NCBI GenBank assembly: GCA_965242615.1
Contig: CBDESR010000002.1
Span: 4,035-68,034, forward strand
Origin: Dehalococcoidia bacterium
Lineage (GTDB): Bacteria; Chloroflexota; Dehalococcoidia; Lucifugimonadales; UBA3495
Direction of reading: 5' to 3'
DNA length: 64,000 nucleotides
The notes beneath the pieces are model-generated. The model saw only the letters and a program-made list of their open reading frames with translations. It did not search any database and had not been told where the DNA came from. Numbering within the stretch: position 1 is the stretch's first letter; each line of letters begins with the position of its first letter. The position numbers and the translations under genes were made by a program. Below, piece by piece: positions 58,631 to 64,000 of this stretch.

Positions 58631-58857
58631 TTCACCCCAATTATTGACGCCCCGGGTAACCGACGCCATAGCTATGTCATTCCGAGGCGACCGCCGAGGA
58701 ATCTAAAAATCTTGAGAGGAGTCAAGGGCGGGCATTTTAGATTCCTCCCTTTGGTCGGAATGACATAGGTGGGGGGCGTTGGTATGACATAGGGGCCGCG
58801 GTCGGAATGACATGGGTGGGGCGTCGGTTATCCGGGCTGTCGATAATTAGGGTGAAT
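58631..58857. mobile_element. MITE-like composite palindromic element (about 227 bp) with 37-bp terminal inverted repeats
   Basis: Left TIR ttcaccccaattattgacgccccgggtaaccgacgcc. Right TIR (reverse complement) ttcaccctaattatcgacagcccggataaccgacgcc. The interior carries three REP family 1 units in opposing orientation. Confidence 0.55.
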
Positions 58858-58892
58858 ACGCACCGGTTATAAAGGCGTTGGCAGTAGGTTAT

Positions 58893-59894
58893 TTACCCCG
58901 CAACTCCTAGAACTTCGGCGGCGTTTTCGCCGAGGATGCGGCGTTTCTCGAAGGCGTTCAGGTATTTGAGGCTGTTGAGCCAGCCGACCGGGTCGGCGGG
59001 GCCCATATCGAAGGGGAAGTCGTCGCCGAGCATTACCCGGTCAGCGCCGACCCGGTCAACCAGGTATTTCAGTCCTTCGTCGCTGTGGGTGATGGAGTCG
59101 TAGTAGAGATGGCGCAGGTAGTCGCTGGGGGCGTGTTGGATGTGGTTGACTTTAGGCTCCGGGCGCACTTGGGCGCCGAAGTCCATCCGGCCGATGCCAA
59201 AGCAGGCGTAGCCGCCGCCGTGGGCGAAGCAAAGTTTCAGGGCGGGGTAGCGGTCGAGGATGCCGCCGAAAATGAAAGAGGCGATAGCTATGGTGGTGTC
59301 CACCGGGAAGTTAATCAGGTTGGAGAGGTAGTAGCGGCCGGCCCGGTCGGCGCCGGCCGGGTTGTGGGGATGGAAAAAGACAAAAGCGCCCAACCGCTCG
59401 GCGGCGGCAAAGAAGGGCTGAAAGCGAGGTTCATCCCAATTATGCCCTTCCATATTGGTGTTCAACTCGACGCCTTTCAAGCCCAAGTCCTGCATCGCCC
59501 GCTCCAGTTCGGCAGCGGCGGCGGCCGGTTCCTGCATCGGGACGGTGGCCAAGCCGATAAAGCGTTGCGGGTAGGCTTGGGCAACCTGGGCGATTTCGTT
59601 GTTGAGTTCCTGGGCGGATGCCAAGCCGGGGGCGGCGTCCAGGTGGTAGTTGGTCAGGTAGGGGGCGACGGAAAGGAGGTGAATGTCCACGCCTTGGCTG
59701 TCCATAAAGGCGATGCGCTGCTCCGGGGTGAAGCGCCATTTTTCATCGATGGGGCCGGCGATGCGGTTGGTGGCTGCGATGAATTCGGCGCCGTTCCGGG
59801 TAAAGAGGCGCGCGCCGTACCAGTGGCCGGCTTGTGCGTTGGCTTGCCAGAAGCAGGGGGGGACGATGTGGCTGTGGATGTCGATGACTTTCAT
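58893..59894 (-). CDS. amidohydrolase-2 (ACMSD-like) family protein
   Basis: MKVIDIHSHIVPP metal-binding HxH start and a conserved ...FHPH... and ...D... pattern. Confidence 0.8.
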   Translation of the reverse strand: MKVIDIHSHIVPPCFWQANAQAGHWYGARLFTRNGAEFIAATNRIAGPIDEKWRFTPEQRIAFMDSQGVDIHLLSVAPYLTNYHLDAAPGLASAQELNNEIAQVAQAYPQRFIGLATVPMQEPAAAAAELERAMQDLGLKGVELNTNMEGHNWDEPRFQPFFAAAERLGAFVFFHPHNPAGADRAGRYYLSNLINFPVDTTIAIASFIFGGILDRYPALKLCFAHGGGYACFGIGRMDFGAQVRPEPKVNHIQHAPSDYLRHLYYDSITHSDEGLKYLVDRVGADRVMLGDDFPFDMGPADPVGWLNSLKYLNAFEKRRILGENAAEVLGVAG

Positions 59895-60128
59895 TGACGC
59901 GGCCGCTCCTTGAGGTTGGGGGTATAGTATCGCATTTGGCGGCGGATAAGGCAAATGGGGGCGGTGGAGGGGCGACAGTGAAATCCAGCCCAAATAAAGA
60001 CTGGCCCCTAGCCGCCGCGGCGGCCGGCGCCCCATTAAGGGGACCGTTCGGGACCAGCCTGTAGGGGTATATTATCCGCCGGCAAAGGGGCGGGTGTCAA
60101 GGGGCGGGTGTCAAGGGATTGCGTTCCG

Positions 60129-60205
60129 ATTTAGGTGGTTTGATTGGCAAATTCGGGTTTTGCAGTAAGGGTACAAGCCCAATTGCTGGCTAAACCACCT
60201 AAAAT
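60129..60205. repeat. lower-GC long hairpin element
   Basis: ATTTAGGTGGTTT ... AAACCACCTAAAT outer 13-bp stem, with inner pairing (GGCAAATTCGGG / GCCCAATTGCTGG). It is flanked by three gtgtcaagggg(cgg) motifs. Confidence 0.5.
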
Positions 60206-60312
60206 GCAACGCTATCGTGTCAAGGGGCGGAAGGGCAGGGGCGGCAACCGGAATCCGGCGGCCGGGGCGTGGCCCCGGCCGCCGTTGCGCCGGCTGGCGG
60301 GAGGGCCGCCGG

Positions 60313-61224
60313 TTAGCGGCGGCGGACGCGCACCTTCTTTTCGCAGACGGCGTTGTAGAGGCGGAACTGCCGCGTCCTTATCGCCCACCCGCCTACATCC
60401 TCGATCTCGTATTCCCAATGTCCAAAGCCCCGTCCCGGGACGTCCCGATCCGGCGGCCCCGGGTCGACGATGTCGGCGCTGGTGATGGTCCTGAGGCGGG
60501 GGTAGCCCCGGGCAATGCACTCCGCTTCGGCCGCCGTCTGGGCCCTGCCCGTCCAATCGAGGGAAGTAGTGATGCAGCGAGCCTCGATCGGGCCAGTCCA
60601 GGACGCGCCGACACTGGCGTGGATACACCAGTTGTTCCGGGCGTTTTCGATGAGCGTAGTGGAAGCGTTATCAGGGCCACTGAGTTCGTGAGCAGACGGT
60701 TGATTGGCTGAATTAGCGCTGGCGGCGATGTAGTTCCCCCAGGGAACCCGCTCGGTCAGGCGGAGGCGTTTGATGACGGTTTTCTTGCCGCGGCGGGGTT
60801 CCTCGGGGAATTCAAAAATGCGGTCCCGGCTGATGCCGGTTACGCCGGATTCCCCATCGGTCAAGTAGCCCTCTTGGGCGGCGAGGAAGCCGCGGAAGTT
60901 GCCTTGTTGGCCGAAGTAGACCGTATCATCCCGCTCGTTGCGGTCCCGGCCGGCAAGCCAGGTTTCGGACTTGGTCCAGGTGTCGGACTGGTCGATGGCG
61001 CAATAGATGGATTTGCCGCGGTTGGCGGCCAAGGATTCGAGGATCATCGAGACGCGGGCATCCTCGGCATCGGCCACGGCCGGGGTCTCTTGCCAGTCGG
61101 AGCAGTCCCAAGGGATGGAACGGGGGGCGGCTTGCGCGTCCGGGGTAGGACTGGCGGTGACGAGCAGTCCGAAGGTCATGACGGACAGGATTAGAATGGC
61201 AATAGGGAATCGGTAGCGGTTCAT
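60313..61224 (-). CDS. secreted protein of unknown function, paralog 2 (intact)
   Basis: Signal peptide MNRYRFPIAILILSVMTFGLLVTASPTPDAQA. The N-terminal roughly 130 aa closely match paralog 1, and the shared tail is CEKKVRVRRR. Confidence 0.7.
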   Translation of the reverse strand: MNRYRFPIAILILSVMTFGLLVTASPTPDAQAAPRSIPWDCSDWQETPAVADAEDARVSMILESLAANRGKSIYCAIDQSDTWTKSETWLAGRDRNERDDTVYFGQQGNFRGFLAAQEGYLTDGESGVTGISRDRIFEFPEEPRRGKKTVIKRLRLTERVPWGNYIAASANSANQPSAHELSGPDNASTTLIENARNNWCIHASVGASWTGPIEARCITTSLDWTGRAQTAAEAECIARGYPRLRTITSADIVDPGPPDRDVPGRGFGHWEYEIEDVGGWAIRTRQFRLYNAVCEKKVRVRRR

Positions 61225-61329
61225 CGAAATACCTCCCGGCGGCAGGCGTTTTTAATACCGGTGGAAAACCGGTAAAAACAGGATAGGAAAGGGCGGGCTT
61301 GTTGCTTGACAACAAGCCCGCCCTTTTTT
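61225..61329 (-). promoter_or_regulatory. conserved 5' leader, copy 2
   Basis: Reverse complement: AAAAAAGGGCGGGCTTGTTG-TCAAG-CAACAAGCCCGCCCTTTCCT ... TACCGGttttccaCCGGTA ... GGGAGG ... ATG. Confidence 0.55.
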
Positions 61330-61418
61330 GCGATTCGGGGAAATTGGGGCGGGGTGGGGTTGGCTACCGGGGGGAATTTCGCGAAAATTTTCGCCGCACT
61401 GCCCGCGAAAATTTTTTT

Positions 61419-61577
61419 GGGGGATATAACGAGGCGCGATGGAACTGATAACTAACTGCGATGGAACCGGAAACAAGGTGCGGTGGAACTGATAACTAAC
61501 TGCGATGGAACCGGAAACAAGGTGCGGTGGAACTGATAACTAACTGCGAAGGAACTGGAAACAAGGTGCGATTAAGG
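61419..61577. repeat. array of six tandem 22-bp units (inverted homolog of 6888..7037)
   Basis: Units run at 61437-58, 61459-80, 61481-502, 61503-24, 61525-46 and 61547-68. They alternate cg(a/g)tggaactgataactaactg and cgatggaaccggaaacaaggtg. The flanks gggggatataacgagg and cgattaagg are shared with array 1. Confidence 0.9.
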
Positions 61578-61626
61578 CTGGGGAAAGGGGTTGGGGGGTT
61601 GGGGAGTTTTTAAGGGCGGCGGTTCT

Positions 61627-61653
61627 GGATTCCCCCTTTCGTGGGAAGGACGG
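61627..61653. repeat. REP family 2 copy
   Basis: ggattccccctttcgtgggaaggacgg. Confidence 0.7.
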
Positions 61654-61843
61654 CGGGAGGTTGGGAAGGACGGTGGGGGAGCCAATGGGTATATAGGCGA
61701 TAGGAATGAGGTTGGCGGCGGCCGGGGCGTAGATATACCGGGCGAGGCGTGTTAGAATTAGCGGAAAGTTCGGGAAAATCGTCCGGGGAGGATTAACGAT
61801 GACGGCCTTGAGCAACGGCGCAACTAACGGGACGACCCAACGG

Positions 61844-62998
61844 ATGAAGTTCGGGGTTTTTATGGCGCCCTTTCACCGGCCGGGGGAGAACCCGACCCTG
61901 GCCCTGGAGCGGGATTTGGAACTGCTGCAATGGCTGGATTTGCTGGGCTTTGACGCAGCCTATATCGGCGAACACCACAGCGCGGGCTGGGAAACTATCG
62001 CCTCCCCGGAGGTGTTTATCGCCACGGCGGCGGAGCGCACCCGCAACATCCGCCTGGGTACCGGGGTCATCAGCCTGCCCTATCACCATCCCTTGATGGT
62101 GGCGAACCGGATGGTGCTGCTGGATCATCTGACCAAGGGGCGGGTTATCCTGGGCGTCGGCCCGGGCGCGTTGGCTTCGGACGCTTTGATGTTGGGCATC
62201 AACCCGGCGCGGCAGCGGGAAATGATGGACGAGTCTTTGGGCATCATCCTGCGGCTGTTCAACGAAACGGAGCCGCTGTCCTACAAGAGCGACTGGTTCG
62301 AGTTGAACGAGGCGGTGCTGCAACTGCGGCCCTACCAGCGGCCGCACTTGCCGGTGGCGGTGGCGTCGGTGCAGTCGCCGGCCGGGGTCAGCTTGGCCGG
62401 CAAGCACGGGGCGGCGGTGCTGTCGATGAGCATCCCCCGGGATACGGTGCGGGCGACCAGTCTCAAGGAACTGTGGTCGATTGCCGAGGATGCTGCGGCG
62501 GAACACGGCAAGACGGTGCATCGGGAGGATTGGGGCTTGGTAGTGGGCTGCCATCTGGCGGAAAGCAAGAAAGAGGCGATGGAGGATATTCGGGTCGGCG
62601 GGGGCCGGCTGATTACCGAGTATTTCGGCAATACCCTGGGCAACGAAACGCCGCCGGTGCCGGCGGAGCAAATCGTGGACTATATGGTGGAGCATAACCA
62701 GTGGATTGTCGGCACGCCGGACGACTGCATTGCCGGCATTGAGCGGTTGCAGGAAATCAGCGGCGGCTTTGGCAGCTTTATGATTCGGGTCGAGGATTGG
62801 GCGCCGCGGCACAAGGTACTGCACAGCTACGAACTGCTGGCGCGTTATGTAATGCCGCGGTTCCAGGGCAGCCTGGACGGGATTATGGCGTCGAACCAGT
62901 GGGCGGCGGAACGGCGGATTGCGCTGCAAGAGAATCGGGTTACCGGGCTGCGGGCTGCGACCGATTCCTACTTTGCCGGCCGGGAATCGGGTCGCTAG
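61844..62998 (+). CDS. LLM-class flavin-dependent oxidoreductase (luciferase-like monooxygenase)
   Basis: MKFGVFMAPFH ... LGFDAAYIGEHHS ... TIM-barrel pattern. Confidence 0.85.
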   Translation: MKFGVFMAPFHRPGENPTLALERDLELLQWLDLLGFDAAYIGEHHSAGWETIASPEVFIATAAERTRNIRLGTGVISLPYHHPLMVANRMVLLDHLTKGRVILGVGPGALASDALMLGINPARQREMMDESLGIILRLFNETEPLSYKSDWFELNEAVLQLRPYQRPHLPVAVASVQSPAGVSLAGKHGAAVLSMSIPRDTVRATSLKELWSIAEDAAAEHGKTVHREDWGLVVGCHLAESKKEAMEDIRVGGGRLITEYFGNTLGNETPPVPAEQIVDYMVEHNQWIVGTPDDCIAGIERLQEISGGFGSFMIRVEDWAPRHKVLHSYELLARYVMPRFQGSLDGIMASNQWAAERRIALQENRVTGLRAATDSYFAGRESGR

Positions 62999-63134
62999 GA
63001 AACGGCCGCCGGTTCCGCTTGCTTTAGGGGTTTTGCCATCCGGTAGTAGATGCCGGATTAGCGGGAAATCCGGGAAGCAAGCGGAAACCTTTTGTTTCCC
63101 GATCCGCTTATCCTGAACTTGTCGCAGGGACGCT

Positions 63135-64000
63135 ATGCGGAAAACCAAGATTATCGCCACCATCGGCCCGTCCTCCAACACCCCGGAAAGGCTGGAGCAG
63201 CTGATTCTGGGGGGGATGGACTGCGCCCGGCTTAACTTCTCCCACGGCACCTTTGCGGAGCATGAGGAGATAATTCACGCTGTCCGTCAGCTGGCGCAGC
63301 GGCACGGCCGCCATGTGGCGGTGCTGCAAGACCTGGGCGGCGTCAAGCTGCGGTTGGGGCAGTTGACGGAAGCCCGGCAGCTGAATCAGGGCGAGGAGTA
63401 TTGGGTAACCCCGGTCGAAGGGTCTGACGACCCGGCGGTTATTCCTTTCCCGGAGCCGGGGGTGCTGCGGAATCTGCGGGAGGGCAACCTGGTTTTCGTT
63501 TCCGACGGGATTGTCTGCTTGGAAGTGCTGGAAAAGCACGAGTTGGAGTTGAAAACCCGCGTCCGAAACGGCGGCATTATTTCATCCTTCAAGGGGGTCA
63601 ACCTGCCGGGGGTGTCCATTGACCTGCCGGTGTTGACCGAGGAGGACAAGGCCGCCCTGCGCTTTGGCGTGGAGCAAAAGGTCGATTGGGTCGCGGTTTC
63701 CTTTGTCCGCACCGGGGAGGATGTGCGCTACGCCAAGGCTTATCTGAACAGTATCGGCAGCCGGGCGCCGGTGATGGCAAAGCTGGAGCGGGGCGAGGGT
63801 ATCGACAACCTGGATGAAATCTTGGCGGAAGTGGATGGGGTAATGGTGGCCCGGGGCGATTTGGGAGTAGAAATCCCGATGGCCCGGGTGCCCTTGGTGC
63901 AAAAGGAAGTGGTGCGGAAAGCCAACGAAGCGGCCAAGGTATCCTGCATCGCCACGCAGATGCTGCGGTCAATGGTGATGTCGCCGACGCCGACGCGCGC
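63135..64000 (+). CDS. pyk: pyruvate kinase, 5' part (runs off the window end; not in the ORF track)
   Basis: Own translation: [45 protein letters not shown]... [22 protein letters not shown] ... [21 protein letters not shown]. Confidence 0.9.
   Translation, partial: MRKTKIIATIGPSSNTPERLEQLILGGMDCARLNFSHGTFAEHEEIIHAVRQLAQRHGRHVAVLQDLGGVKLRLGQLTEARQLNQGEEYWVTPVEGSDDPAVIPFPEPGVLRNLREGNLVFVSDGIVCLEVLEKHELELKTRVRNGGIISSFKGVNLPGVSIDLPVLTEEDKAALRFGVEQKVDWVAVSFVRTGEDVRYAKAYLNSIGSRAPVMAKLERGEGIDNLDEILAEVDGVMVARGDLGVEIPMARVPLVQKEVVRKANEAAKVSCIATQMLRSMVMSPTPTR

Overview
This window is a high-GC (roughly 60-65% by eye) bacterial chromosomal segment. The lineage is not identifiable from sequence alone. 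The dense short palindromic repeats and the gene content fit an environmental high-GC lineage such as Chloroflexota, but that is inference only.

Housekeeping content:
- ccmB-ccmC-ccmD, argS, a heterodimeric ABC exporter pair and an APC permease.
- higBA, a family III CoA-transferase, trmI and tRNA-Gly(CCC).
- A CMD / hydrolase / PrpD cluster and a complete F1Fo ATP synthase operon (atpZ-BEFHAGDC).
- minCDE, lepB, purF, the jag-yidC-(PQQ propeller)-yidD-rnpA-rpmH cluster, and the 5' part of pyk.

Accessory or unusual content:
1. A lower-GC island at 2.7-6.9 kb. It holds an HTH-fused SPPY DNA methyltransferase convergent with a 3-gene operon: a small protein, a Rad50/SMC-like zinc-hook ATPase, and a 172-aa Hjc/Mrr-like PD-(D/E)xK-fold protein. 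This is my best candidate for a new defence-type system.
2. A methyltransferase-HNH fusion (56.7-58.5 kb) flanked by repeat elements.
3. Two paralogous secreted proteins that share a 5' leader whose hairpin shows compensatory base changes.
4. Two homologous arrays of 22-bp tandem repeats in inverted orientation (6.9 kb and 61.5 kb).
5. A promoter-driven, ORF-less structured region (43.37-43.85 kb) that is probably an ncRNA.
6. Very long homopolymer tracts: G17 in a lipoprotein 5' end, C21A9 in an upstream region, and C10 in a membrane-protein gene.
7. At least four short dispersed repeat families and one MITE-like element.

Caveat: about 15 genes are split by single-base indels at short G/C runs, almost all apparent +1 insertions. 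This looks like a homopolymer sequencing artefact, so pseudogene and phase-variation calls need raw-read support.
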